From: Candidatus Sungiibacteriota bacterium
Lineage (GTDB): Bacteria; Patescibacteriota; Minisyncoccia; Sungbacterales; HO2-52-23
Assembly: GCA_016196115.1 (NCBI GenBank)
Contig: JACPYI010000027.1
Span: 1 to 53,673 of the forward strand
Length of the DNA: 53,673 nucleotides
Reading direction: 5' to 3'
How positions within the stretch are numbered: the first letter of the stretch is position 1; each line of letters opens with the position of its first letter. Below are positions 10,736-20,293 of this stretch, one piece after another. The position numbers and the translations under genes were made by a program. A model generated the notes under the pieces. The model ran no database searches. It saw nothing but the letters and a program-made list of their open reading frames with translations, and was not told the origin of the DNA.

Positions 10736-11304
10736 GGCATATCGCGTATGCGCTGCACAATGGTGGTCTGTAGATTTAAATCAGGCCTGACTTTCATGGT
10801 GATGATGGCCATGGCCTGTCCGTCGCTTGCGCGTGCGTTCGGGGCCTTCTCTCCTCGCAGGGTGAACGCAAGGCGCTCCACAAAGACCTGGTCGCCCGTA
10901 AATTCATTAAACTGACTGTTTGTGGCGTTTGCGCACTGGTCGGCGTCGATGATATCGCCGGTTGCGCGATAGATTTTACCGGATCCGTTCGGATCAAGGT
11001 AATACACGCGTTTTCCCGATGTGCCCGTAAAGTGAATCTCGGATCCGTCTGCCGCGCAGACCGCACCGACTTGGTAGTTCACTCCGGTGCGCATCTCTTT
11101 GGTGATTAATTCGAGAGAGAATCGAGCGTTGTCTTGGGTGGCCTGCGTGCGTGCAATCCTCTCTTGGGTATGGATGACGGTAATCATGATGCCGACGGTT
11201 GCAAGCATGATAAACGCGAAAATGCCCACCGCAACCATGATTTCAACCAAGGTAAATCCCCCATCCCCATATTCGCGTTTTCTGTTTCGTGTCAGGTGCA
11301 GCAT
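10732..11304 (-). CDS. prepilin-type N-terminal cleavage/methylation domain protein (minor pilin)
   Basis: The N-terminus ...GDGGFTLVEIMVAVGIFAFIM matches the G|FTLxE class III signal. Confidence 0.75.
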   Translation of the reverse strand: MLHLTRNRKREYGDGGFTLVEIMVAVGIFAFIMLATVGIMITVIHTQERIARTQATQDNARFSLELITKEMRTGVNYQVGAVCAADGSEIHFTGTSGKRVYYLDPNGSGKIYRATGDIIDADQCANATNSQFNEFTGDQVFVERLAFTLRGEKAPNARASDGQAMAIITMKVRPDLNLQTTIVQRIRDMP

Positions 11305-11308
11305 ATCT

Positions 11309-11953
11309 TTATCTCCAATTATAGAGGCGTTCTTGAAACTGGATACTGCGCTGGAGTCCCCGATCGGTCCAGAAAACCTTTGAGATCACCTCCATCTGAT
11401 CGCTGGCTGCGCTCACGTCCGGATCGTTTGCTCCGTTGCACGGAGCCGACGATGACGGAACGCAGATCGTGACGCATCGCCGGAATATCGTGGGCGTGCC
11501 TGCGGCATAGGCATAGAGGTTGCTTGTATTCAGGTTGAGCGACCTGGTGCCGCAGTTTGCATCGGCAGTCGGCCTGGGAGTCGGAAATGAGGCGGACGCG
11601 CATGTCTGCGTTACGGTGTCATTGGCGTCAACCGTATAAAGGTTTGCAGCTCCCCGCCCAAGGCCTTGCCCTCCGTTCGGGTTATTGTTCCATGCTACCG
11701 GTGGTGGACTTGATAATGTATCGCAAATGACGTTGTTGTCGCGAATGGCGCGGACAAGCTCGATTCCCTCCTGGCCGAGATTTATCGCGATCAGCTTGTT
11801 TTGGGAAGCCCGGGATTGCGCAAGGCTGAATGCGACCAGCGTAACCGGTCCGAGGATGGCCGCGACCAATACGCCGAATGCGATGACTGTTTCGATCATC
11901 GTAAACCCAGCACGGTGCTTTTGGATATCTCGATGGCTCATATTAAGGCACAT
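11309..11953 (-). CDS. prepilin-type minor pilin
   Basis: The N-terminus ...HRAGFTMIETVIAFGVLVA is a prepilin motif. An alternative ATG at 11941 lies 1 nt after the upstream stop. Confidence 0.75.
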   Translation of the reverse strand: MCLNMSHRDIQKHRAGFTMIETVIAFGVLVAAILGPVTLVAFSLAQSRASQNKLIAINLGQEGIELVRAIRDNNVICDTLSSPPPVAWNNNPNGGQGLGRGAANLYTVDANDTVTQTCASASFPTPRPTADANCGTRSLNLNTSNLYAYAAGTPTIFRRCVTICVPSSSAPCNGANDPDVSAASDQMEVISKVFWTDRGLQRSIQFQERLYNWR

Positions 11954-12581
11954 TGATTTCTCCCGTGATGTGCACGGTCAAGGTTTTTTTCGCCCCGTTT
12001 CCGCCTGTCAGCTCTATATCGAGACGATTTCCGGGGATCGGCGTACCGTCGTCTTTGGTGAACGTCAGCGTTGCTTCGGGGGTCTGAAATAAAATATGAA
12101 CGATAGTATACGAAGCGCTCGTCTGGTCCGTAATCTTGCGTATCTTAATCGCGCCGGGGAGCGCGTAGGTTGCGATCCGCTCCCGTGAATCGCTATATGT
12201 GCCATCGGGCGGATTTGGAAAATCAGGCGTGGGACATCCCGGTGGGCACGTTTCATTGCCGCGGTCGGCAAAACGAAGGGTTTGCTGCGGCGTTGTCGTG
12301 TCGAGACGCACCCCGATTGCCGGAGGAACAACGAACGCGGGCACGCTACCGACCGGCAGGTGCGCGTACGTTACCGCAAGCGATGCATATTGGGCTTTGC
12401 GGATCTCCCCCACGATTTCCCGTGCTGCCCGGTTCAGGGCGACCCCTTGTCCAAGGCCGGAAAAACTGATCATAACCTGTGAGCCGATCAGCACGATGAT
12501 TGCCAAAGATACCACCATCTCTATGGCCGTGAACCCGGACCTGTTTCTCCTCGGCACTTTCATACGAAAAGTATAGCACAT
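11943..12581 (-). CDS. prepilin-type minor pilin (GspH/FimT-like)
   Basis: The N-terminus ...NRSGFTAIEMVVSLAIIVLIG is a prepilin motif. An internal ATG (MKVPRR) is possible. Confidence 0.75.
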   Translation of the reverse strand: MCYTFRMKVPRRNRSGFTAIEMVVSLAIIVLIGSQVMISFSGLGQGVALNRAAREIVGEIRKAQYASLAVTYAHLPVGSVPAFVVPPAIGVRLDTTTPQQTLRFADRGNETCPPGCPTPDFPNPPDGTYSDSRERIATYALPGAIKIRKITDQTSASYTIVHILFQTPEATLTFTKDDGTPIPGNRLDIELTGGNGAKKTLTVHITGEINVP

Positions 12582-12594
12582 GGCAAGAGAACTG

Positions 12595-12627
12595 AAAAAC
12601 CCCTCCAGCCAAGGCGGAGGGGTTTTT
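12595..12627 (-). terminator. rho-independent terminator downstream of pilA
   Basis: Minus strand: AAAAACCCCTCC-GCCTTGGCT-GGAGGGGTTTTT. This is a 7-bp GC stem flanked by A and T runs, between pilA and the minor pilins. Confidence 0.65.
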
Positions 12628-12646
12628 GTCGTTCAGGAAATTCATC

Positions 12647-13222
12647 CTAGGGTATTACATCGTAGCAACCCTGTCCTGCTGCTCCAGTACCGGCGCAGTT
12701 GAATGCTGTAGCTGAAGTGATAGTGGTTTCATCAAGAGAAACCTTACAGCCGGTTTGGGTCGTGGTGAGCGGACATCCTCCGGCCCGCGAAGACATAGCA
12801 GTAATTGTCTGATCTTCAACGGTAGCGCCAGTATGGAATAACTGGCAACTTGCTGCTGCTGTGCTGCATACGTTGTCAATCGCTCCGTTATCTGCCCGGT
12901 TATTGAGTCCGGCATAATAGGTATATGCGGTTCCAGTAATCGGATCGGTTGGCCAGGAGGCAATGTAGGTTGGTGCAAGGAATGTGGCGATTCCGGCAGA
13001 TGTGTCCGGATAATGCCTGGTTGAATCATAGTACAACTCGAGCGCCAACTTTGCCTGGTTCATGTCCGCCACGCGTCTCGTGTCCCGGGATTTTTTGCGC
13101 GCGGTATTGAGCGATGCCAATACAATGGATGCAAGCACTCCGATGATCGCAATGACGACCAAGAGTTCGATAAGGGTAAAGCCCTTTTTGCCGTGTGTAA
13201 GTTTTTTGGTTAGAAATGTCAT
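12647..13222 (-). CDS. pilA: type IV major pilin
   Basis: KKGFTLIELLVVIAIIGVLASIVLASLNTARKKSRD is a canonical type IVa pilin N-terminus. Cys-containing C-terminal domain, own upstream intergenic region and own terminator. Confidence 0.85.
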   Translation of the reverse strand: MTFLTKKLTHGKKGFTLIELLVVIAIIGVLASIVLASLNTARKKSRDTRRVADMNQAKLALELYYDSTRHYPDTSAGIATFLAPTYIASWPTDPITGTAYTYYAGLNNRADNGAIDNVCSTAAASCQLFHTGATVEDQTITAMSSRAGGCPLTTTQTGCKVSLDETTITSATAFNCAGTGAAGQGCYDVIP

Positions 13223-13372
13223 GTGGGTTATCTTATTACGTATATCATGCTTATGTAATTTGTCATTGAATGATTTCGACCTTTCAAATTAATGTACGTT
13301 ACGTATTTCCATACTATCGAGTTTTGAACAGAAGCGCAAGGCAAAGATATGCACAGCTTGTCGTGGACGATT

Positions 13373-14131
13373 TTATACCAGTATACCAAGTCCGGTCCGA
13401 TTAAAAAAGAGGGAAGAAAAAAACCATGCCAACACACTGCCCAGAAGTATAAACGGGCCAAACGGGATGCGCTCGCGCAAATGTTTTTTGCCCGTTAGTA
13501 AAAGCAGCGCGCCCACTGTGCCGCCGCTCCAGAATGCAAAGAGAAATGCCGCAATGGCCGCCGGGAATCCGAGTATCAGGGAAGTTGCAAAGATGAGCTT
13601 TACGTCTCCAAACCCCATCCATTGTCCGTGCGAAAAGAACCACAGGCCGCCGAGGATGCCTGCGATGAGCAGCGCGGCCATGCTATCATAGGCATACACA
13701 CTTCGGCTTATCACTGCACCAAGCCCGAGTATGGTCAGAATAAGCGTTGCGCCGTCGGGAATGGTCTGGAAGCGGAGATCGGATACCAGGATTACCAGAG
13801 CCGCGGGTATGCCCAAGGCCAGTCCGATTTGTACAAAGACAGATGGCGCGGCAAGCAAAAATACCCCGAGGTATGCGAAAGCGCATGCGAGCTCCACAAG
13901 GGGGTACTGCCATGAGATGCTGCGTGTACAATGGCGACAGCGCCTTTTCTGAACAAAAAAACTGAAAACAGGTATGAGTTCCTGGACCGAAAGAATGCTC
14001 CCGCAGCGCACGCAATGGGATCGGCCGCCGAGTTTTTCTCCTTTGTGCCCGCGTATGATCACGACGTTCAAAAAACTTCCGACTGCGAGTCCGAAGCAGA
14101 AGATAAGAATAGTAAATAATATCTCGATCAT
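13373..14131 (-). CDS. pilD: prepilin peptidase (A24 family)
   Basis: 252 aa polytopic protein with a CxxC...CxxC block (CVRCGS...CRHC) and a GFGDVKL active-site motif. Confidence 0.9.
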   Translation of the reverse strand: MIEILFTILIFCFGLAVGSFLNVVIIRGHKGEKLGGRSHCVRCGSILSVQELIPVFSFFVQKRRCRHCTRSISWQYPLVELACAFAYLGVFLLAAPSVFVQIGLALGIPAALVILVSDLRFQTIPDGATLILTILGLGAVISRSVYAYDSMAALLIAGILGGLWFFSHGQWMGFGDVKLIFATSLILGFPAAIAAFLFAFWSGGTVGALLLLTGKKHLRERIPFGPFILLGSVLAWFFSSLFFNRTGLGILV

Positions 14132-14146
14132 TGGGTTGTTACAATC

Positions 14147-15349
14147 TCAGAATGAGCCGATCAGATTATAGATAGGCACCAGCACCGAGGCCACCAAAAT
14201 GCCGACGCCAAGACCCAGCAGCACGATCATAATGGGCTCGATCAGGGCAACCAGATTTTCCACGAGCGAATCAACCTCTTTTTGGTAGAAACGCGCAATG
14301 CTGCCCAGGATAAAATCAAGCCGGCCGGACGACTCGCCGGTACGGATCATCTGCGTGACCAGGATCGGGACTTCCGGGCTTCGTTCAAGGGCCGCCGATA
14401 TGGTGTTGCCTCCTTTTACCGATTCTACGGCGTTCTGGATGACCTCCTGAAAAATGACGTTGCCGACCACGTCGCCCGTAATGGTCAGCGCGCGGATAAT
14501 GGGAATGCCGCCGACAATGAGGGTCCGCAGGTTGTCGGCGAACCGGGTCATATACAATTTTTGATACAACTCGCCAAATACCGGCACTTTGAGCTGGAGC
14601 CGATGCGCCATTCTTTTGCCTTTGGGTGTTCCTACCCATCGCCAGAGCGCAATCGCTCCGCCAATAAGCGCAATAAGCACCACCACCCCCCATTGTCGCA
14701 GGAAGAGCGATAACGCAATAATGGCTTGGGTATAGAACGGGATCGGCACGTTGCTCTGCTCAAAAATCACGGTAAGCCGCGGCATAATAACCGTGAGCAT
14801 CAAGACCATGACGACGATGAACGTACCGAAAACAAATGCCGGATAGATCATGGCGTTGCGTGCCTTGGTGGTAAGATAGTATGAGCGCTCAAGATAGTCC
14901 GCAAGATAGATGAATACCTCCTGCAATTTTCCGGACTCCTCGGCTGCGCGAATCAGGTTGACGTAGAATGATGAGAATATTTCGGGATGTTTGGCAAATG
15001 CCTGCGAGAGCGCCAGGCCTCCGTTGATGTCATCAATCATGGCGGTGAGCGTCAGCCGCAGCTTTGGTTTTGAGGCGTCACTTGCGAGCGTCCGCAACGC
15101 CTGGATAACCGGAATCTGCGCCTCAAAAAGCGTGGCCAGCTGCCGCGACAGGATCACCACGTCCTTTTGCTTGACCCGTCCGCCAAAACTTACCTCAAAC
15201 AGCGATTTTCCGGCCTGCGCATGGATGGCAACAACCGTCAGTTCGTTGCGGTGCAGCGCGTCCAAAGCCGCCTCCTGCGAAGAGGTCTCAACAATCCCCG
15301 ACCGTATTTCTCCCGTCTTGGTCCGTGCTTTATATTCAAATGATGGCAT
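14147..15349 (-). CDS. pilC: type IV pilus platform protein (GspF/PilC family)
   Basis: 400 aa with two T2SS-F repeats and three TM segments. Typical position after pilT. Confidence 0.9.
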   Translation of the reverse strand: MPSFEYKARTKTGEIRSGIVETSSQEAALDALHRNELTVVAIHAQAGKSLFEVSFGGRVKQKDVVILSRQLATLFEAQIPVIQALRTLASDASKPKLRLTLTAMIDDINGGLALSQAFAKHPEIFSSFYVNLIRAAEESGKLQEVFIYLADYLERSYYLTTKARNAMIYPAFVFGTFIVVMVLMLTVIMPRLTVIFEQSNVPIPFYTQAIIALSLFLRQWGVVVLIALIGGAIALWRWVGTPKGKRMAHRLQLKVPVFGELYQKLYMTRFADNLRTLIVGGIPIIRALTITGDVVGNVIFQEVIQNAVESVKGGNTISAALERSPEVPILVTQMIRTGESSGRLDFILGSIARFYQKEVDSLVENLVALIEPIMIVLLGLGVGILVASVLVPIYNLIGSF

Positions 15350-15352
15350 AGA

Positions 15353-16435
15353 TTATCCTTCCCGCATGATGGACTGGATTTCGTTGGGGTTGGTGGAGTA
15401 GAGCAGAGCGTTTTCCAGGGAGATTTCACCGCGCCTGATCAGGTCTACAAGCGAATGGTTTAAGCTGATCATGCCTTGTTCGGAACTGGTCTCAATGACC
15501 ATATTCAACTCGTGCGTTTTGTTTTCCCGGATCAGATTGCGCACTGCGGTGTTTGCCATCATGACCTCAACCGCCGGGATCAATCCTCCGTTGATGCTGG
15601 GAATGAGGCGTTGCGCCACAATACCGATGAGGGTAGAGGCGATTTGGGCGCGGATCTGATTTTGCTGGTTTGGCTCAAAAATATCAATAATGCGGTCAAT
15701 GGTCTGCGCCGCATTATTGGTGTGCAGGGTTGAGACAATGAGGTGTCCGGTCTCGGCCGCGGTCACAGCCGTGCTAATGGTTTCCACATCGCGCATCTCG
15801 CCGACCATGGCAACATCCACGTCTTCGCGAAACATGGACTTGAGCGCCCGGTGAAAATCAAGCGTATCGGATCCCACCTCGCGCTGGTCAATGGTGGCGC
15901 GGTCGGACGTAAAGAGATATTCGATCGGGTCCTCAACGGTAATAATGTGATCGGCGCGTGTGTGATTGATGTAATCAATGAGTGCGGCAAGCGTGGTGGA
16001 TTTGCCATGCCCGGTGGGTCCGGTCACGAGCAAAAACCCTTGGGTGAATGCGGCAAAGGACTCGATGATCGGCGGGAGCCGCAGTTCTTCAAACGTGCGA
16101 ATTTTGGTGGGGATGAGCCGGAGTGCCGCGCCGATAAATCCGCGCTGGAAAAAGGCATTGACGCGAAAACGCGCCCGGTCGCGGAAGTCATACGAGAGAT
16201 CGATCTCTTTCTCGCGCGTAAACCGCTCCTGCTGTTCTTTATTGAGGATCGTAAAGACAAAGGCGCGTGCCATGTCGGGCGTCATAATGTCGTGCTGCAG
16301 AATGGGCATGAGCGCGCCGTCAATACGCATAGTCGGATGCCTGCCCACAGAAATGTGCAGATCAGAAGCATTTTGCTTGATCACCGTAGAAAGCAGTTCT
16401 TCAAAAAGTTGTTCGGTATTATGCGGGGTTGGCAT
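15353..16435 (-). CDS. pilT: twitching motility / retraction ATPase
   Basis: 360 aa, Walker A GPTGHGKST, Asp and His boxes, PilT length with no N-terminal GspE extension. Confidence 0.9.
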   Translation of the reverse strand: MPTPHNTEQLFEELLSTVIKQNASDLHISVGRHPTMRIDGALMPILQHDIMTPDMARAFVFTILNKEQQERFTREKEIDLSYDFRDRARFRVNAFFQRGFIGAALRLIPTKIRTFEELRLPPIIESFAAFTQGFLLVTGPTGHGKSTTLAALIDYINHTRADHIITVEDPIEYLFTSDRATIDQREVGSDTLDFHRALKSMFREDVDVAMVGEMRDVETISTAVTAAETGHLIVSTLHTNNAAQTIDRIIDIFEPNQQNQIRAQIASTLIGIVAQRLIPSINGGLIPAVEVMMANTAVRNLIRENKTHELNMVIETSSEQGMISLNHSLVDLIRRGEISLENALLYSTNPNEIQSIMREG

Positions 16436-16441
16436 AAAAAT

Positions 16442-16825
16442 TTATTGAACAAGCAGTTCTTTTACCTTTGCGGACACCTCGCTTGGGGTGAAGTGCGCTT
16501 TAATGATATAGCCGTCCGCACCCAGTTGCATGCCGCGCTCAATGTCTTCGCGTTGTCCAAAGTTGGTCAGGAATATGATCTTGGGATGTCCCAGAGACGC
16601 ATCGCCCCGCAGTTTTTGCAGCACGTCAAAGCCGTCAATGGCGGGCATCACCACATCGAGCAGGATGATGTCCGGTTTCATTTTTGTGGCGCGCTCAATG
16701 CCGGTCTTGCCGTTGTTGGCCGCCTCAACCTCAAACCCCTCGGCCTTGAACTTAACCACGTACATATCGGCGATAAAGGGATCATCGTCTATGATGAGGA
16801 TTTTTTTTCGTGTTGTGTTTTTCAT
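16442..16825 (-). CDS. stand-alone response regulator receiver protein
   Basis: KKILIIDDDPF...DIILLDVVMP...K is a REC domain with no output domain. Start set to ATG 16825 (MKNTTRKK). Confidence 0.85.
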   Translation of the reverse strand: MKNTTRKKILIIDDDPFIADMYVVKFKAEGFEVEAANNGKTGIERATKMKPDIILLDVVMPAIDGFDVLQKLRGDASLGHPKIIFLTNFGQREDIERGMQLGADGYIIKAHFTPSEVSAKVKELLVQ

Positions 16826-16826
16826 A

Positions 16827-16845
16827 GTGGTATACAGTATACCAC
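16827..16845. repeat. perfect 19-nt palindrome between pilB and the receiver gene
   Basis: gtggtatac-a-gtataccac, with 9-bp arms. It ends 2 nt upstream of the receiver ATG (minus sense). Confidence 0.6.
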
Positions 16846-16856
16846 ACCTGTATTTT

Positions 16857-18572
16857 CTATGCCACCTCAAGCAAATCGTCGAATCCGATCAGGCCCTCGA
16901 GCACTTTTAAGATGCCGTCCTGGCGCAGGGTAAGCATTTCCTGGCGGGTGGCCTCTTCCAGAATATGTGCCTCTGACGCGGCCGAAAGAATAATCTGCTC
17001 AAGCAGGGGCGTCATGGAGAGTACCTCGAAAATACCGACACGGCCCCGCCTGCCTTTTGGACACGTCGGGCTCACTTCGCTCTGATAGATGAATTCCGGA
17101 AGTTCGGCAAGCGTTGCCCGCTTCACCGAATCCGGCATGGTGTTAATCTCGGCTAGCATTGCGTCGCGGATCGACCCCTCAAGCGGTATTTTCTTGCGCG
17201 AGTCCGGACAGAGTTTGCGCACCAGACGCTGTCCGATCGCAAGAATCAGGGTCGGGGTGATTAAAAATGGATCTACGCCCATATCAATCAGGCGCGGAAT
17301 CACGCCGATCGCATTATTGGTATGCAGGGTTGAAAGCACCAGATGGCCGGTCAAGGCCGCGTGGATCGCGAGCTGAGCGGTCTCTTTGTCGCGTATCTCC
17401 CCCACCATGATAACATCCGGGTCCTGGCGCAAGATATGGCGCAAGCCAATGGCAAAGTCATACCCGATCTCGGGTCGGACTTGGGATTGGTTTACTCCCC
17501 GTACATAATATTCAATGGGGTCTTCCAGAGACACGATGTTGATGCGCTCTTCATTGAGGATTTGCAGGAGCGAGTAGAGGGTAGTTGACTTGCCTGATCC
17601 TGTAGGACCCGTGATCAGAATCAACCCGTATGGGTGTTTAATGGATTGCTCAGTGAGCGTGAGATTCCTTCCGGTCAGGCCCAGTCCTTTGAGGTCAACA
17701 ATACCGGCAGTGGGATCAAGAATCCGGATTACCACTTTCTCTTTGAACGCGGTCGGGAATGTGGAGACGCGAAAATCAACATCGCGCTTTTCGATCTGGG
17801 CATGGAATCTGCCGTCCTGCGGGATGCGCGTCTCGTCGATTTTAAGATTAGTCATGACTTTGATGCGACTCACCAGTGCCGCGTGTACCTCCGGAGGCAG
17901 AATAATGCTTGTGTGCAGTACCCCGTCAACGCGAAAACGGACGCGCACGCTATCCCTGCCCGGTTCAATGTGGATATCCGAGGCACCACCCTCAACCGCA
18001 TTACGGATAATGACCGTCACGATCTTGGTGATAGGCGCATCTTCAATGATAATATTGGAATCAACCCGCTCTTCCGAACTTACCACCTGCAATTCCGGGG
18101 CTTCTTGCTGGAGTTCTCCGAGTGCCCGCGTCACCTCACCGGAAAGTCCGCGATATTCCTGCATGACGGTACGAAAATCCGTAGGCGTGATCACGAATAT
18201 CCTTGCGGGAATGCCAACGCGCGAGGAGATGAATTTGATCGCATCCTGGGATGCCGGATCTTCCGGGTGCAGCATTCCGATATCAATATATCCCTCGTTT
18301 CTTCCCATAGGGATCATTTTGTAAAAGTTTGCCGAGTCCTCAAGCACGTCACGCAACGCATCCTCAGGCACTTCTTGGCCCTGCAAATACTTTGTCGGAA
18401 ATCCGGTCAGCTCGCTTTTTGCCTCGGCCACTTCCGTCTCCGAGATGTCATGCTGGTACAGAATGTCCTCCAGGGACACCTTTGTATCCGCGGCTTCTTT
18501 CCGGAGCGGGGCCGCTTCGTTCAGATTGAGCAAACCTTTCGTGATGAGAATGTCGAGAAGCGTGTGTGCCAT
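16857..18572 (-). CDS. pilB: type IV pilus assembly ATPase (GspE/PilB family)
   Basis: 571 aa, N-terminal GspE-N type domain, Walker A GPTGSGKST, C-terminal Cys cluster region. Confidence 0.9.
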   Translation of the reverse strand: MAHTLLDILITKGLLNLNEAAPLRKEAADTKVSLEDILYQHDISETEVAEAKSELTGFPTKYLQGQEVPEDALRDVLEDSANFYKMIPMGRNEGYIDIGMLHPEDPASQDAIKFISSRVGIPARIFVITPTDFRTVMQEYRGLSGEVTRALGELQQEAPELQVVSSEERVDSNIIIEDAPITKIVTVIIRNAVEGGASDIHIEPGRDSVRVRFRVDGVLHTSIILPPEVHAALVSRIKVMTNLKIDETRIPQDGRFHAQIEKRDVDFRVSTFPTAFKEKVVIRILDPTAGIVDLKGLGLTGRNLTLTEQSIKHPYGLILITGPTGSGKSTTLYSLLQILNEERINIVSLEDPIEYYVRGVNQSQVRPEIGYDFAIGLRHILRQDPDVIMVGEIRDKETAQLAIHAALTGHLVLSTLHTNNAIGVIPRLIDMGVDPFLITPTLILAIGQRLVRKLCPDSRKKIPLEGSIRDAMLAEINTMPDSVKRATLAELPEFIYQSEVSPTCPKGRRGRVGIFEVLSMTPLLEQIILSAASEAHILEEATRQEMLTLRQDGILKVLEGLIGFDDLLEVA

Positions 18573-18575
18573 GTG

Positions 18576-18935
18576 TCAAAACGGCAGGAATGGGTTTGAT
18601 CTGCCCGGAGTTGTATAGGATGGGGACAAGGTCGTGGTGGTGCCGTTGTTCTGGACAGGGGGAGGCGAAGGAGGAGTTTTCAAGGGTTCGAGGGATTGGA
18701 GGAACTGATTTTTGAGAATGCTTGTATCAAGCTGCAGATCTTTGAGCCGACGCAGATCAACAAGTTCCTGCTCGATGCGCTGCACATCCGGGTTGGCCGA
18801 AATGTTTTGATCCGTTGCCCTAGCGTCTGTTGGTGTCGCGTCGGTTGATGAAGAGGATTGGAAGTAGAAAAACCAAAGGCCCGCGCCTCCGAACAGCACC
18901 GCGATCACGATAATAATCAAGGTTTGGCGGCTCAT
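18576..18935 (-). CDS. PilP-like small membrane-anchored protein (tentative)
   Basis: 119 aa, N-terminal TM helix, Pro/Thr-rich, C-terminal ...GRSNPFLPF resembling the (R/N)PF motif of PilP-type proteins. It sits in the expected position after pilO. Confidence 0.4.
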   Translation of the reverse strand: MSRQTLIIIVIAVLFGGAGLWFFYFQSSSSTDATPTDARATDQNISANPDVQRIEQELVDLRRLKDLQLDTSILKNQFLQSLEPLKTPPSPPPVQNNGTTTTLSPSYTTPGRSNPFLPF

Positions 18936-19612
18936 TGGTAATGGGTGATTAAGCTCATGGAGAAGGTAAAGGAATTGCCCGACTGCGCGGTAAAGTTCAG
19001 GGTGGGAATATCGGTCAGGCGCCCGAAATGCTCGAGATGCCCCGTAAATGTTTTAAGCGTCTCATACGATCCGGTAATGTCGATGCCGACCGGCAGATCC
19101 TTGATGGCGGTTGTCCGGGGTATCGGCTGCGCATTCGGATTAAGCATTTGTGGAGATCGGGATCTCGGGGTCTGCCCGACTGCGTCAGATGCCATGGCTG
19201 CTGGGATTTCCGGCTGTCCGGTGGGGGAAGAAATCGCGGCTGATTTCCGACCTGCTCCGGAGGCCGATGATGCGGGCGGATTAATATCAGCTTTCGTGAA
19301 AGCGATGCTCACGCCGTTCTCTTGCGCCAGTTGCTGGAGCGCGATCAGATAATCAAGCGACTGCGGACTTTGAGGAATCAGCGCCTCCAGTTTATGGAGA
19401 TCTTCCTTGGAGACCAAATTCAGCTTTGCGATGAGCGCGTCGCGGTTCTGAATCAGGTCGTCAAACTCAGCCGAAAGCTGCCGCAGATGGTCGGTTTCGG
19501 TTCTGATTTGCTGAAATTGATCCCATGCGGGCTTCAGGTAAAAGATGCCGATGAGCACGGCTCCAAGAAGAAGTAATGATGAAATGCCGTAGCGAAGCAT
19601 AAAAATAATCAA
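18932..19612 (-). CDS. PilO-like pilus assembly protein
   Basis: 226 aa, single TM helix followed by a coiled-coil. Its position is between the pilN-like and pilP-like genes, with 4-nt overlaps on both sides. Confidence 0.5.
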   Translation of the reverse strand: MIIFMLRYGISSLLLLGAVLIGIFYLKPAWDQFQQIRTETDHLRQLSAEFDDLIQNRDALIAKLNLVSKEDLHKLEALIPQSPQSLDYLIALQQLAQENGVSIAFTKADINPPASSASGAGRKSAAISSPTGQPEIPAAMASDAVGQTPRSRSPQMLNPNAQPIPRTTAIKDLPVGIDITGSYETLKTFTGHLEHFGRLTDIPTLNFTAQSGNSFTFSMSLITHYQ

Positions 19613-20166
19613 GGGGTTACCTGTAAAAATGAAGGTTTGAGAATCACCGCGGCATTAAAAGCCACGTTTCCCGACTCCCTCTTAAATGCAAGGCCTCCGA
19701 AATCGACTTTCTCGATGCTGGGATCCTGCTGGAAAATCCCGATCTGCTGATTAAGCGAGACCAGCGAATCAGCCGTGCCCGCCAGCGCCACTTTGCGCGT
19801 GGTCCCGTCGAAGCTGAACGTACTAAAAGCAACCCGCGGATGCGTGCGCTGCTCAAGCCAGGTAAATATCCGGGACGGAAAGGTGTGTTTCTGGATCAGC
19901 GACTGCATGGCCTTGAAGCGAGCCTCCAGAGAAAAAATCTGTTGCACCAGTTCCGGGCGCAATTCCTGCCGTTTCTGGTCGATTTGCGCCAAAATCTCCT
20001 GTTCGGCGCTTTGTTGCGCGCGATTGAGAAAAATAAGACCCCCGTATGCGGCAAGCACGAGCAAAAATAAGAGAAAACTCAAATAGAATAAAAAGCCGTT
20101 CGAGTGGCGTGCGCGGATTTCTTCAAGATTGGGTGAAGGATTTGAGTATGCGATTTGATCGGGCAT
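19609..20166 (-). CDS. PilN-like pilus assembly protein
   Basis: 185 aa with a short cytoplasmic N-terminus, one TM helix and a periplasmic-type domain. Downstream of pilM. Confidence 0.5.
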   Translation of the reverse strand: MPDQIAYSNPSPNLEEIRARHSNGFLFYLSFLLFLLVLAAYGGLIFLNRAQQSAEQEILAQIDQKRQELRPELVQQIFSLEARFKAMQSLIQKHTFPSRIFTWLEQRTHPRVAFSTFSFDGTTRKVALAGTADSLVSLNQQIGIFQQDPSIEKVDFGGLAFKRESGNVAFNAAVILKPSFLQVTP

Positions 20167-20174
20167 AGATGGAG

Positions 20175-20282
20175 ATCAATTTCAAATTTCAAGGCTCAAA
20201 TGTCAAATGAAATCCAAAGTCCAAAAACTTTTTGGATTTTGAAATTGGCCATTGATTTGAAATTTGGATTTTGACATTTGGT
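20175..20282. repeat. dyad-symmetric CAAA/TTTG-rich element between pilM and pilN
   Basis: Central palindrome tccaaaaa-c-tttttgga (20220-20236). Outer perfect 11-bp arms caaatgtcaaa (20197-20207) and tttgacatttg (20270-20280). Direct repeat ttggattttga at 20232-20242 and 20265-20275. Confidence 0.6.
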
Positions 20283-20293
20283 ATTCGTATCTA

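Noticed and set aside
13228-13461. 77-aa ORF in the pilA-pilD gap
   Set aside because: It overlaps the pilD 3' end in another frame. The AT-rich gap is better explained as the pilA promoter region, although I could not pick a convincing sigma70 or sigma54 site there.
15743-16933. 396-aa plus-strand ORF, plus similar ones at 17634..18599 and 17590..18324
   Set aside because: They are antisense to pilT, the receiver gene and pilB, which have unmistakable Walker and REC motifs. They have no motifs of their own.
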